Shown here in pieces: positions 12,470-25,199 of a stretch of 64,000 nucleotides of DNA. The position numbers and the translations under genes were made by a program. Each line of letters begins with the position of its first letter. Position 1 is the stretch's first letter. Under the pieces are notes generated by a model. It searched no databases. It saw only the letters and a list, made by a program, of their open reading frames with translations, and was not told where the DNA came from. Origin of the DNA: Chiloscyllium plagiosum (taxonomy: Eukaryota); NCBI RefSeq assembly GCF_004010195.1, contig NC_057719.1, positions 87,780,681-87,844,680 on the forward strand. The letters run 5' to 3'.

Positions 12470-12970
12470 GCATTCAGCAGAATGAGGGGATCTCATAGAA
12501 ACCTATAAGATTCTAACAGGACGAGATAGGAGAAAGGATGTTCCCAATGACTGAAGAGTCCGGAATCAGTGGACACAGCCTAAAGATAAAAAAGATTCAT
12601 TCCTGAAGAAGGGCTTACGCCCGAAACGTCGATTCTCCTGTTCCCTGGATGCTGCCTGACCTGCTGCGCTTTTCCAGCAACACATTTTCAGCACAGTCTA
12701 AAGATACAGGGGTAGGCCATTTAGGACTGTGATAAGGAGCAATGTCTTCACCCAGACAATGGTGAGTCAATGGAATTCGTTGTCACTGAAAGCAGTTGAG
12801 GCCAAAACATTGAATGTTTTCAGGATGGAGTCAGATCCGGTTTTTAGGACTAAAGAGTTCAAAGAGTACAGGGGTGAAAGCAGGTACAGGGGAGCTGGAT
12901 GATTATGTTGAATGGCGGACCAGGCTTGAAGGGCTGAATGGCCTACTCCTGGTCCTATTTTTTATGTTTC
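12470..12970 (+). mobile_element. CR1 3' end (with PLE-derived insert at 12598-12692)
   Basis: RGDLIETYKIL.G-like motif and a CR1 tail (gaagggctgaatggcctactcctg...ttatgttt). Confidence 0.75.
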
Positions 12971-13569
12971 TAACTTGCTAGACCATATACAGCCAATAAA
13001 AAGGCTTTAATAGATTCTCCCAAATGTTGAGCTAGCTAATTAAATCTCACTCATTCTGTCACTAAATTTCTTTTGGAGCTAAAGCAGACATCAAATGTTT
13101 TATTCAATGTCTCATACTCTGTATTACTTTCTTTCATGTTTTGCCTTACCAGAACATCATCGGCTGCTGGACGTAAGTATATAGAACATGCTGACTTGAT
13201 GGGGAGGTTCCTTAAGACTGAAGTTGTTCCTACCACCAAAGCTGCTGCTTCCTGAGCTCCCACTCTGGCCTTCCTGTGTGACCTCCACATTTATCATACT
13301 GTTGAGGTTATTGGTGAGGTCTGTGTTGGAGCTTCCATCCCTCTGGGCTATCATATCTGACTACTTTTCTGCATGTTCCCACTCCAGGGAGTTGCAGCCT
13401 CATAACTTGGCTTCAAAATCTTCCCAAATTGTTTATCCCCACCCTCAGGCTCCTTTCCTCTCTGCATCCTTGTAATCGGTGTTTTCCAAGACCATGTCAC
13501 TGTAGGTAATCTTAAAAAAAGAATCCCTGCCTTCAGAGTCTCCTTTTCGAATGTTTGATTCCTAAATTC

Positions 13570-14510
13570 TGTCATAGAGTCAGACAACATGGAAACAGAC
13601 CCTTCAGACCAATTTGTCCATGCCAATCAAGTTTCCCAATAATAATGTGGGCGGCACGGTGGCACAGTGGTTAGCACTGCTGCCTCACAGCGCCTGAGAC
13701 CCGGGTTCAATTCCCGCCTCAGGCGACTGACTGTGTGGAGTTTGCACGTTCTCCCCATGTCTGCGTGGGTTTCCTCCGGGTGCTCCGGTTTCCTCCCACA
13801 GTCCAAAGATGTGCAGGGTCAGGTAAATTGGCCTTGCTAAATTACCCGTAGTGTTAGGTAAGGGGTAAATGTAGGGGTATGGGTGGGTTTCGCTTCGGCG
13901 GGTCGGTGTGGACTTGTTGGGCCGAAGGGCCTGTTTCCACACTGTAATGTAATGTAATCTAATCTAATCTAGTCCCATTTGCCTGCATATGGCCCATTTC
14001 CTTCTGAACCTTTCCCATTTATATACCTATCCAAATGTCTTTTAAATGTTGTAATTTTTCCTGCATTTACCTCCTCTTCTGGCAGTTCATTCCATACATG
14101 CACCACCCTCTGTGCAAAGATGTTGCCCTCAGGTCCCTTTTAAGCTTTTCCCCTCTCACCTTAAAATTATACCCCTAGTTTTGACCTCCCCTCATGATTT
14201 TATAAATCTCTGTAAGGTCAACCTCCTACACTCCAATTAAGAATGCCCCAGCCTATCCTGCCTCTTACGTATAACTCAAACTCTCCAGTCTCGGTAACAT
14301 CCTTGTAAATCTTTTCCGCATTCCCTCCAGTTTAATAATATCCTTCATACAGCAGGGCGACCAGAACCACAGGCAGTACCCCCAAAATGGCCTCACCAAT
14401 GTCTTGTACTGCCGCAACATCAATTTCTAGACTCAATGCTTTGAGCAATGAAAGCAAGTGTGCCAAATGCCTTCTTCACCCTCCCCCGCCCCATCTACCT
14501 GTGAAGCCAC
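13570..14510 (-). mobile_element. CR1 3' fragment interrupted by a SINE
   Basis: Reverse-complement CR1 tail (ctctatgac) and RT C-terminus. Confidence 0.75.
13649..13970 (+). mobile_element. HE1-type V-SINE
   Basis: Full-length copy nearly identical to 9038-9354. Confidence 0.9.
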
Positions 14511-14681
14511 TTTGAAGGAACTATTTGGTGTCTTCCCTTTTCTGATGCTGTCCCTTGGACTATGTTTTAATTTCAGACCGTCACTCTGGAAGTTTGTTCC
14601 TGAGCTGTCAATATACTTTAGGTTCCAGACTCTGGGTATCTGTCCAGCTCTCGGTGTCTGTACATCCACTGTCCCTGAAAC

Positions 14682-14993
14682 TAGATTAGATTACATTACA
14701 GTGTGGAAACAGGCCCTTCGGCCCAACAAGTCCACACCAACCCGCCGAAGCGCAACCCACCCATACCCCGACATTTACCCCTTACCTAACACTACGGGCA
14801 ATTTAGCATGGCCAATTCACCTGACCTGCACATCTTTGGACAGTGGTAGGAAACCGGAGCACCCGGAGGAAACCCACGCAGACACGGGGAGAACATGCAA
14901 ACTCCACACAGTCAGTCGCCTGAGGCGGGAATTAAACCCGGGTCTCAGGCGCTGTGAGGCAGCAGTGCTAACCACTGTGCCACTGTGCCGCAC
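14682..14993 (-). mobile_element. HE1-type V-SINE
   Basis: Full-length reverse copy of the same family. Confidence 0.9.
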
Positions 14994-15165
14994 TATTTGC
15001 TCCTTTTTTCACTTAGTGACACTCTTCAATTCATAATGTGTTTAAACACTCCTTTATTTACATGTGCAGCTCCTGAGTTCTCAAATCCAGCTCACAGTGC
15101 AATGTCATCACATTCTCATTCTAGGCCGGTGTCTTTCTAGGACTAATGTCCCTGTCATGTGTCAG

Positions 15166-15967
15166 TGTGATGATATTATGGCTTTAAGAGGTGTATTTTG
15201 TCCTCATTTCTTTTTGTTTTGAAGATAGCTTTTAAGACAGAGCTATCTATTTGACTCCAATAAAGAGCTTGTGAGGCATTGTTTTTTTTTTAAAGTTGCA
15301 ACAATGGAAGCAGCCTGAATGGGTGGGGTCAAGCTCTCATAGAACCAAGATTTTTAGTTTGAGCTTTTCAGTAGCAGTTGCTGGAATCTTGAAGCTAGGT
15401 TTGGAAGCTGCAGTACGTCTCTCCCTGCTTCTCTCTCTCTCTTACAGTTTTCCCTTGATGTTTTTCCTCCTGGACTGGAGAGTTACCCTGTCTATCTATT
15501 TATCTTACTGAACTTGCCTTTTGCTATTGTGTTTATGAGTAGAAAAAATGGAAGCCAGGCGAGAACAGCGAAAGGAGCTACATCAATGCCCCCACCCACC
15601 CCTTCTCGCAACCACCATCTGCCCCAAGTGTGACAGTGTTTGTGGTAGCCATATCAGTCTGTACAGCCACCTACAGACTCACCCTGAGAGTGAAACAGTG
15701 TCTTCCTCATCTCCGAGGGACTGTCTATGATGGTCACGATGATGAGCATTTAATAATCTATTATTCAGTTAAGTTTTCAATAGAGTTACGACATTCCAAT
15801 TTCTTTTGTTGTATTTTAACAATTATTATGAATAAAATGTGTTTTGCTTTAACATCGTTTGACCAATCGAATTGTATCCTGAACACAACACCTTTAAAAT
15901 GAGACAAAGTTAGGCTCTTCACTATCTTCTGAATATAATTTGAAGGAGTTTGGTCTGGCTCATAACA
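15166..15967 (+). mobile_element. Solo LTR with 5-bp target-site duplication
   Basis: Starts TGTGA, ends ATAACA, and is flanked by GTCAG on both sides (15161-15165; 15968-15972). AATAAA at ~15831. Confidence 0.85.
15541..15745 (+). mobile_element. RTE-clade LINE 3' end nested in the solo LTR
   Basis: C-terminal zinc finger CPKCDSVCGSHISLYSHLQTH followed by a short UTR and a (TGA)n-like tail. Confidence 0.75.
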
Positions 15968-16899
15968 GTCAGTTACATAAAACTCATTGTCCCACACGAG
16001 AGATGTGAACCCCCAGGTGCATTGGCAAAAACCTGCCTCAGAAGAAAGCAAGACCACATTCTGTATGCCGGGACTGTACAGGCAACATCCCCGTCAATCC
16101 AGATACAAGGGAATGAAAAGGAAATGCCCCGGGAATTGAATTAATTCAACAATTAAGTGGATACTAACAAAGAGCAGCCAGTCCCTTTGTTGTTTTCTCG
16201 ATGGTTCTGTGCAGACAGAAAAGTGGTAGCTGGCCCCTCTCCGCCTGACAACCCATAATGCAACTTATGCACCCTTGGATCATTTCACTGTTGTTTGCGA
16301 TTCCCCAGGATATTTTGACTGATTTGTATAACAAGGTGAACTCGCAAGGAGTATGTCAAACACATTTTGATTCGCAATGATTCAGATGCAAAGTAAGCAT
16401 TTGGCTTTCTTTGAATTGTAAATGTGTGAAAATTTATGTGGGAATTGATAGGTCTCAGTGATGCATGAAAGTGGATCGCTTATAAATACCAGGAAGAGTG
16501 AGGGTCCCAATACCCACCCTCCACCCCAGTGAACTTCAATACAAACCTTCATCCAGCCCGAGAAATATCCACTGACCATACTCTCTGATTCCTGTCACTC
16601 AGCCAATGTTGGATCCATGTTGTTACTGTCCCTTTTATACCATGATCTGTGACTTTACAACACGTCTGTTGTGTGATGCTGTATCAAACAGGGGATGGAG
16701 GGAAGACTGAAAGATAACTATCAGTGCCCTTGCAATTTCCACTTTCACTTCTCCCAATTTCATTGGACATCTATCATTCGGCCCCAGTGCCTTAGCAACT
16801 TTAAATACCAATAGCTTACCAAAAGCTTTGCCTTATCAATTTTAAATTCTTCTTATGACTGAGTTTCCTCCTCTGTTACTATGGCCTGGGCCCTATTCT

Positions 16900-17990
16900 A
16901 GGGTCTCCATGTATTGCAGGAGCCAATAGGGTTCAAAACGTTTAATCGTCTCAGGTTTCCTTTTTCACAGTGGACTATCTCTTTTGGTGTTGATTTAACA
17001 GTTTGAAGAAGTCTCTCACTGGCCTCTCCAAATCTAACCCATCTCCAAAGGAGCAGGACAACACCTATCCCCAAACCAACAGTATCAATAGTAACCACCA
17101 TGAATGGTTCATATAAATTCAGGGCACTCAGCCTGGTTCGTTGAGTAAGAAGCTTTCAGTCTCTTAAAAGATGCTGGCCATCTCCTGACCACACTATCTT
17201 AGTATTTTTTTTTCTCTAACAAGTCCATCGGTGGAGTGGCTACAAAGCTAACATTCAGTACCAACTTATCACACTTCTCCAAAAGCATCATCATTCCTAA
17301 TTTAGTGCTGATCCAGCAACACCCATCCCTGACCCTATGTTTGCCCTCAGTTTTTCCCACTCGCCTTTGGCAAGGTTTATCGCTGAATCAGCTGACTATA
17401 ATCTTTCAGAAAAGCCTTCCAGCTGAATTACACAATTGGGAACACCTGCTACTATTTGTTCCATTAGCCTCTGGAAAGTCGTTGGAAAATTTCTTCGTCT
17501 GAAAAGCATAACGTGGCTTTGGAAAAGACTGCCTGGGGAGACCAAGGCCAAGACTTCTTTAGCTTGGAGTGTTAAGGGAGCCTGTCAGTATCTCTTGAGA
17601 AAATCTATTTTAGTTATAAATATGGCCCTTCCTACCCCTTCAGTATATTCTTCCAGCTGAAGAATTGTGTTGGGGTCTACTCTGGTTATTAATATGCCCT
17701 CTCCATGTAACAAGCAGGACTTGGGAAAACCATCAGCTTTATGTCCAAGCATTCTAGGTGTTTAGGCTGCATTCCATTGGGTTGTTTTCCAGTGTGTATA
17801 GGAATATCTGCACTTTTCGTGGAGCTAAATATTAAGGATGCTGTTTCGTAAGTGGATTGTCTTACATCCACATAATGTATGGTTGAAGTTATACATCCTA
17901 CTTTGTCCTGGCAGTTTACTCTCAATGATACCTACAGTTCCATCAGGTCACCTTTCTGTTCTGTAATTTGATGTTCCTGGATCATGGAGC
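16900..17990 (-). mobile_element. Degraded Ty3/Gypsy RT-RNase H fragment
   Basis: Reverse translation: GVGRAIFITKIDFLKRY*QAPLTLQAKEVLALVSPGSLFQSHVMLFRRRNFPTTFQRLMEQIVAGVPNCVIQLEG (decayed ITKLDLLKGYWQVPL...MPFGLKNAPATFQRLM...YLDD), then EPFMVVTIDTVGLGIGVVLL (RNase H start). Confidence 0.85.
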
Positions 17991-18469
17991 AGCTCCCGGA
18001 ACACAACGATGTCATCTAACCTAGAAGGACCCCCACCACCCTCCAACCGCGGCCGAGCTACGAAAACCTTCCCCTTGATTAGTTTCAGAGGACCCCACTC
18101 CAGAATCTAATTCAAATGGACTGAAAAGGGGTACCCTTGTTGAGTGAACCCTGGGTTGTAAACCAGAGAAATACTGGCCCTTTACCCCATGGCCTGATCA
18201 TCAGATTGAAGTCTGATAGTAACACTTTAAAGTCCCTTCTGACTGTGGGTGTAGCACCATCAAAACTGGAACAAGAGGAGGCCATTCAGCCCTTTGAGAA
18301 AGTGAGGACTCAAGAGTTGAGAGTGTGGTGCTGGAAAAGCACAGCAGGTCAGGCAGCATTCAAGGAGTAGGAGAATCGACGTTTCGGGAATAATTCCTAT
18401 TTGGTCTCTTCCCTTTTAAAAGGGATTCTCCTGCTCCATGGTTGCTCTCTGACCTGCTGTGCCTTTTCA

Positions 18470-19200
18470 GGACCACACATTCAGCCCTTTGGGGCTGTGC
18501 TTCCATTCAGTACGGCCACGGCTGATTCTTTATCTCACTGCCATATTCCCGCTTTCGCCCCCTTGGTGCCTTGAAATTCGATACCTATCTCTTTCTTGAA
18601 TAGTGATTTGGCCTCCACAGTCTTCAGTGGTAGAGAATTCTGCAGGTTCACTACAACCTGAATGAAGGCATTTTTTTTCTCATCTCAATCCTAAAAGGTC
18701 GACCCCATATCCTGAGACTGTATCTCCTGGCTCTAGACTCCCCAGCCAGGGAAAGCATCCTTCCTGTATCGAGTCTGTTCATCCCTGATTGCCTATATTT
18801 CAATCGGATCCCACTCATCCTTCTAAATGCCAGTGAATGTAGGCCCAGTCCAACCAATCTACCCTTAGAAGATAGTTATTGGGGATAGGATGGTATGGTG
18901 GCTCAGTGGTTAGCACAGCTGCCTCACAGTGTCAGGGACCCAGGTTCAATTCTGCCCTTGGGCAACTGTCTGTGTGGAATTTGCATATTCTCCCCATGTC
19001 TGCGTGGGTTTCTTCCAGGTGTTCTGCTTTCCTCTCACAGTCCTAAGATGTGCAGGTTAAGTGCTAAATTACCCTGTAGGGTGCAGGGATGTGTGGGTTC
19101 GTCATGGGAAGTTCAGGGTTGTGGAGAGGTCTGGTTGGGATGCTCTTTGGAGGGTTGGTATGGGTCCACTGTCCTGTTTCCACACTATGACCCCTGCTAT
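18470..19200. mobile_element. CR1 3' fragment (minus) plus divergent V-SINE (plus, ~18890-19185)
   Basis: Family similarity to other CR1 tails and SINE copies in the window. Confidence 0.7.
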
Positions 19201-19409
19201 CACCCAAGTGAACCTCCACTGCATTCCTTCCATGGCAAGTTTTGTTTTAGTGTATCACATACAGTTTTAGTTTCCCTACCTATCTGTGGTCTTACCTGCA
19301 GTAAGTCATCCTTGCTTAGTAACTCAAATAATCTTATGCCTTCTGAATTGCCTGCTACTAGGATTTGATTGGGTGTTATCCAGATTACCCATAACTTTCT
19401 GGAAAACAA

Positions 19410-19570
19410 TAGATTAGATTAGATTAGATTAGATTAGATTACTTACAGTGTGGAAACAGGCCCTTTGGCCCAACAAGTCCACACCGACCCGCCAAAGCGC
19501 AACCCACCCATTCCCCTACATTTACCCCTTACCTAACACTACGGGCAATTTAGCATGGCCAATTCACCTG
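19410..19570 (-). mobile_element. 5'-truncated HE1-type SINE with (TAATC)n tail
   Basis: 3' half of the SINE consensus. Confidence 0.85.
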
Positions 19571-20879
19571 ACATAAAAATAGGCATGTAATGGGTTAACT
19601 TCTCAACTGCCTTGGCAGTAATGATTCTCATCCCAGAGAGTGGCCTCTCTGAGAACCAGAAAACTCGTCCAGGGCCCCACACACTCTACCAATTCATGAC
19701 TAAGCAGTTTCCCAGAAGGTTGTATTGGAATCAGGGCTGCAGGTTTTATTGCAGTTCAGGACTTTCCCACAATCTGGCAATGTGTGACACTTCTTACAGA
19801 ACTGTGCTACATTCTTGTAGAGACATGGCCCACTCCACTAGAAGCTAGAACAAAGTTTGAATTTAAAATGGTCAGTTTAATCGCCAATTATCAATAGTTT
19901 TGTATAGATATTTATGACTGTACAAAGCTCAGTGTCAGAAACAAGGGAGCTGAATTCCTGTAATAACAAATAATGAATTAGCTTATTAAAGACAACATTT
20001 ATTCAAACCAAGACTATTACCAAAAGATTTAAACTGTGCAAATATATACAATTAGTCTTGAAAAGTCACATTCACACAATTTCCAAAGCTGAAACAAAAC
20101 TTTGTTGACTTTGGACAAATAACAGTTAAATCTATGGGGGGGGGGGGGGGGGGGGGGAGAAAAAAACTAAAGTGACGTGTTGTCCAAACGTTGGCTTGGA
20201 GTAAAGTCACTTTGCATGCAGGCTGCTGGCAGTGAGGTGTGTTCCTGTATCAGTTACAGCTGGTTGAAGAAGCTTTTCTGGAGACAGCGATAGTAGGTTT
20301 GGAATTCTCATTTAGGAACATTCCATATTTGGTGGTAAGACTTTTCCATTTGGTTTACAACTCATATCCATTGATGAAAATGATTTCAGAGAAAGTGGTA
20401 GGAGGATTATTGCTTCAGGCTGACTTTACATTCAAATCTAATACCTTTTCCAATTACAAACTGGGTCATGTAAACTTGCTCCAAAAATGGTGTCTCCATC
20501 CAAGCAATTTGTTTCTTGTACATATGACATAAATGCTGCTGTATTTTGCTTTGCAAAGTTTTCTTTTTGTAAAGTCCAAGATATTTATGTGTCCAGTCAA
20601 TGATATTATAAATTAATATTTTGCATAACTGCATCTTCAGAAAGGAGTTGAAAATAAAAATAAACAAAGGAAGAACAACTAAATGTCACATCAAAGCAAA
20701 ATACTGTGGACACTGGCAATCTGAAATAAAAACAAAAAGTGCTGGAGAAACTCAGTTAACATTTTGAGCCAGGTATGACTCTTCTTCCGAACAAATAAAT
20801 CTTTATTTTAGCTGGAGGAGTGTAGGGAGTGTAAAATGTTGCACCCCTTCAATTCTTTCATAGAAAGATGTCAGAGGTA

Positions 20880-21300
20880 GGAGACAGCAAATTGGAGGTG
20901 ACTGGATAGTAGATCAGTGACTGACCTGTGTGCAGAGTCCCCTTTGAAAATGGAAAGGGGAGGAGGGGGAGATGTGTTTGGCAGCACGATCATGTTAGAG
21001 GTGGTGGGAACTGGTGGAGGATGAGTATGAAGGTTGCTGGGTTGGATCAAAGGGGAGTCACTATGATGATTCTGGGAGAAAGGGGAAGGGGTGACAGCAG
21101 ATGGTGAAAAAGAGACGGATACAATCGAGGCTCTGTTAACTATTAGTGGGGAGGAAATCCTCAGTTGATGAAAAAGAAAAGAAACATATCTGAAGCACTA
21201 ATACCAGAAATTACGGAGCTTGAGAAATGGAAAATTGAGATTGGCTCTTTATAGGGACTGCAATCAAACCAGAAATGCGGAGTGGATGATCCATCTTGGC
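20880..21300 (-). mobile_element. Degraded Penelope-like element fragment
   Basis: Reverse strand resembles the PLE RT-EN linker (...KHISPSSPFH...). Heavily mutated. Confidence 0.45.
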
Positions 21301-21589
21301 CTAATCCTAGGGCCTGTCTTCTATCGGAATGACTCAGGTGATATGAAGAAACAGGTGAGTATATTGGATCAAGCAAAGGCAAAAGACCCTTCTTGTTACC
21401 CTTAGGATGTGAGCTCCACTGGCAAAGGTTGCCCTCCCCTAGTTGCCCTGGGGTAGTAACCATTATCACTATGGGTCAGGAGTGACAATATAGGCCAGAC
21501 TTGAAAAGGACAGCAGTATTGTTTTTGGGAGGCAGCTGTAAACCAGATAGATTTTTACATCGATCATTATTAATAAAATCATTCAATCC

Positions 21590-22262
21590 CTACAGTGTGG
21601 AAGCAGGCCTTTCAGCCCATTGAGTCCGCACCAAACCTCCAAAGAGTATTCTACCCAGACCCACCCAATCCCTGTATTTCCCGTGGCTAACCCATCTAGC
21701 CTGCACACCCCTGGACACTACGGGATAATTTAGAATGGCCAATCCACATAACCTACACATCTTTGTGGGTGGCACGGTGGCACAGTGGTTAGCACTGCTG
21801 CCTCACAGCGCCTGAGACCCGGGTTCATTTCCCGCCTCAGGCGACTGACTGTGTGGAGTTTGCACGTTCTCCCCGTGTCTGCGTGGGTTTCCTCCGGGTG
21901 CTCCGGTTTCCTCCCACAGTCCAAAAAGATGTGCAGGGTCAGGTGAATTGGCCATGCTAAATTGCCCGTAGTGTTAGGTAAGGGGTAAATGTAGGGGTAT
22001 GGGTGGGTTTCGCTTCGGCGGGTCGGTGTGGACTTGTTGGGCCGAAGGGCCTGTTTCCACACTGTAATGTAATGTAATCTAATCTAATCTAATGTAATCT
22101 AATCTTTGGATTGTGGGAGGAAATCGGAACACCCGGAGGAAACCCACGCAGACATGGGGAGAACGTGCAAACTTCACAGAGAGTGTCACCTGAGGATGGA
22201 ATCGGACCTAGGTCCCTGGCACTGTGAGGCAGCAGTGCTAACTACTTTGCAACCGTGCTGCC
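21590..22262 (-). mobile_element. Older V-SINE (minus) with a young full-length HE1-type SINE (plus, 21767-22104) nested inside
   Basis: The outer copy is split at ATCTTTG, which is duplicated on both sides of the inner copy. Confidence 0.85.
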
Positions 22263-23329
22263 CATAATTAATGAGGAAAGCGTTTTATTCCAGATTTAAT
22301 TTTACAAGTTGACTTAAAATACCACCCACCCCCTGAAATGTCATGGTGGGATCGGAATGCACGTCACCAGAACATTAGTCCCGGCCTCTAGATTACATTC
22401 CCCCAGCACTGTTATTACGAAGCCACCAATCCTCCTGACAACATTACAGCAATAGTTCTGAAGACTTGTGCTCCAGAACTTGCCACTCCCCTAACCAAGC
22501 TGTTCCATTACAGTTACAACACTGGCATCTATTTGACAATGTGGAAAATTGCCCAGGTATGTCCTGTATACTAAAAAGCAGGAAAGATTCAACGTGGCCA
22601 ATTGCTGCCACATCAGTGATGTGATTGAAGATATCATCAATGGTGCTATCAAGCAGTAACCTGCTCATCAATAACCTGCTCAGTGATGCCCAGTTTGGAC
22701 AGATGTCAATGTTGTTGCTGCAATGGAATAGCTCAGCAAGTGGTCAGGTTAGTTCTGGGGCACCAACAATGTTGTATTTCTGTTGCTATTGCTTTCTAGC
22801 TTTGAGAATCCACTCTCATTCTGTGCTCAACTGCGGTCTAATATCCCAGCAATGCTTCACAGACGGGATGGAGAACCAAAGGATTTCAGGGAATTGAAGA
22901 AGGAAGCAACAGCGACATGACAAAGTATTGCAGAAAATGATTGGGATGTGTGACCTGAGAATGTGGCGGAGATGAACACAATCATAGCTTTCAGGAGGGA
23001 GTTGGATTGTTATCTGAAAAGGAAGAATGTGCAGGACTTTGGGGAGAAGGGGGATGGAATACGGTGAATTGTTTGTTCACGGGCCAGAATGCCTTCCTCC
23101 TGTCCTGTTATCATTCTGTAGTTAAATCAACATACTTACTTACAATGAAATGGAAAGATCGAAGGTGTTTAACAAATACAGCAAGTGAAGTGGATCAAAA
23201 AGAATGGGAATAAAATGAATTGAGGAGATCCGACCCTTTGCAAATGGTTTGGTTCTAGAGGAAACGTCTCTGGTTTCCACAGTCTGGGTTTTTGGTCAAG
23301 GAAAGTCAGCTTTATGTTCTATGGTATTA

Positions 23330-24240
23330 TAATGTTATACCGTGTAATAATGCTATATGGTGTTACAGTGGTACATGTTACAGTGTTATCTGGTTTTACA
23401 GTGTTAACTGGCATACTGTGCTATCTGTGTTGCAGTGTTACCATATTATCTAGTCTTACAGTATTATCTGGTGTTCCTGCATTACCTGGTGTTCATGTAA
23501 TATGGTTTTACAGTATTATCAGGAGTTAGTGTGATATGGTGTGGCAGTATTATCTAGTGTTACAGTATGATCTGGTATGACAGTATTACCTGGTGTTACA
23601 ATGTGATCTGTGTTACAGTATGATCTGGTGTTACAGTATTACCTGGTATTACAGTGTTACGTGGTATTACAGTGTTACCTGATGTTACAGTATGATTGGG
23701 TGTTACAGTATTACCTGGTGTTACAGTATGATCTGGTATGACAGTATTACCTGGTGTTACAATGTGATCTGGTGTTACAGTATGATCTGGTGTTACAGTA
23801 TTACCTGGTATTGCAGTGTTACGTGGTATTACAGTGTTACCTGATGTTACAGTATGATCTGATGTTACAGTATTACCTGGTATTACAGTATTACTTGGTA
23901 TTACAGTGTTACCTGATGTTACAGTATGATTGGGTGTTACAGTATTACCTGGTGTTACAGTATGATCTGGTGTTACAGTATTACCTGGTGTTACAGTGTG
24001 ATCTGGTGTTACAGTGTGATCTGCTATTACAGTGTTACATGGTATTACAGTATGATCGGGTGTTACAGTATTACCTGGTTATTACAGTGTTACCTGATGT
24101 TACAGTATGATCAGGTGTTACAGTATGATCTGATATTACAGTATGATCTGGTGTTACAATGTGACCGGGTGTTACAGTGTTATCTGGTCTTACAGTATTA
24201 CCGTATGATCTGGTATTACAGTGGCGTTACAGTGTTACAG
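23330..24240. repeat. 18-bp minisatellite (GTGTTACAGTATGATCTG variants)
   Basis: Directly visible; produces spurious VLQYDL-repeat ORFs. Confidence 0.95.
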
Positions 24241-25048
24241 CACTGTTGTGGGTAGAGATGTCACACTTGACCTAACACTGAACAAACTGACAGATTTTCT
24301 GAAATCATCCAAAACATCACAGCGCTCTCATTTCAACCCCTTAATTCTTCCAATCAGGTTCAACAATGAGTTTATCATTTCATTTCTATCACATCATGGG
24401 CTGTGAAGGTTTGCTAACACTTTGCAATCTAAACAGAGATTCTTTTTTTAAATCGGTCTATGGAACACCGTGCACTGTTGGTGTACACAATACAGCTTTA
24501 CACAGTCCACACGTTACAAGCAATCAGAAAATACAACATAGTCACACAAAATACCCCCAGCTTAGTCCTTTCCAGATCAGAGGTCACATAGTGCTGCCTG
24601 CCCTTTTAAATATGTAAACACAATGATTCATTTTTTGTGACAAATGAAATTTGAAGCCAGGCTGGTGAACCATCTGCAATGGCTTGGTGTGTTCACCTCT
24701 GGGAGATACTGACCCATCACTGCAACTAGAATGGATACTTTGGACAGCATACGTTTTAAACAGAAACACAATTGCGAGACCGGCTTGTATCAGGAATACA
24801 GGATAGATACAAATTCATCATCTGCATCACCAGCCCCAGAGTGTAGAATCTCCTATCGATTTCAAGATAATGTGTCAAAACAAGATTCTGGGTGATGTGT
24901 CGAGAATAGGAATAAATGCAGTTCTTGCAGAAGGCAGCGAGCATGTAATATATGCCCCTGCATTATATATGGGGCCTTCTCATACAGTCATGTCTGTCAA
25001 TGGATCACAGTACTTAGGAACCTCTAGAATTGAAGGTCCTTGTAACAA

Positions 25049-25054
25049 TTTATT
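25049..25054 (-). terminator. Candidate polyadenylation signal for the PAK-like gene
   Basis: First AATAAA I found on the minus strand after the stop codon (~1 kb downstream). Use is unverified. Confidence 0.3.
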
Positions 25055-25199
25055 GAGGTCAGAAAGAGTAGATATAAGCTGAGAGAAGGTGTGGAGATCT
25101 AGCTATACACTGCCACCTACTGGAAAAGTCAATAACACACAGAGGTACCAAAGAGAACCGACAATGGCACCACACTGTTTGCAAGCCGATCCGTGTGAC

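Larger units (their letters stand above)
7750..13300 (-). mobile_element. Degraded, interrupted Ty3/Gypsy LTR-retrotransposon internal region (gag-pro-partial pol)
   Basis: Reverse-strand remnants in the expected order. Gag: AADDVLVRQN...TFDVCFSSKRNLVTE*VRFN*LAQHLGESIKAFLLAVYGLA (13250-12975) and CEYAPAL (~12455). Zinc knuckle: GATCHK(Y)GQPHHLREYC (10590-10530). Protease: VQGFEIEFKLNTS (10360-10315). Pre-RT: QPPDKVNLSKKVK (~8270-8225). Integrase tail: IPGIRSGHFVWI (~7940-7900). Confidence 0.75.

Noticed and set aside
19586..20690. Possible further solo LTR containing a long poly-G run (~20136-20158)
   Set aside because: LTR-like composition, but I could not define termini or a TSD; poly-G may be an assembly or slippage feature.
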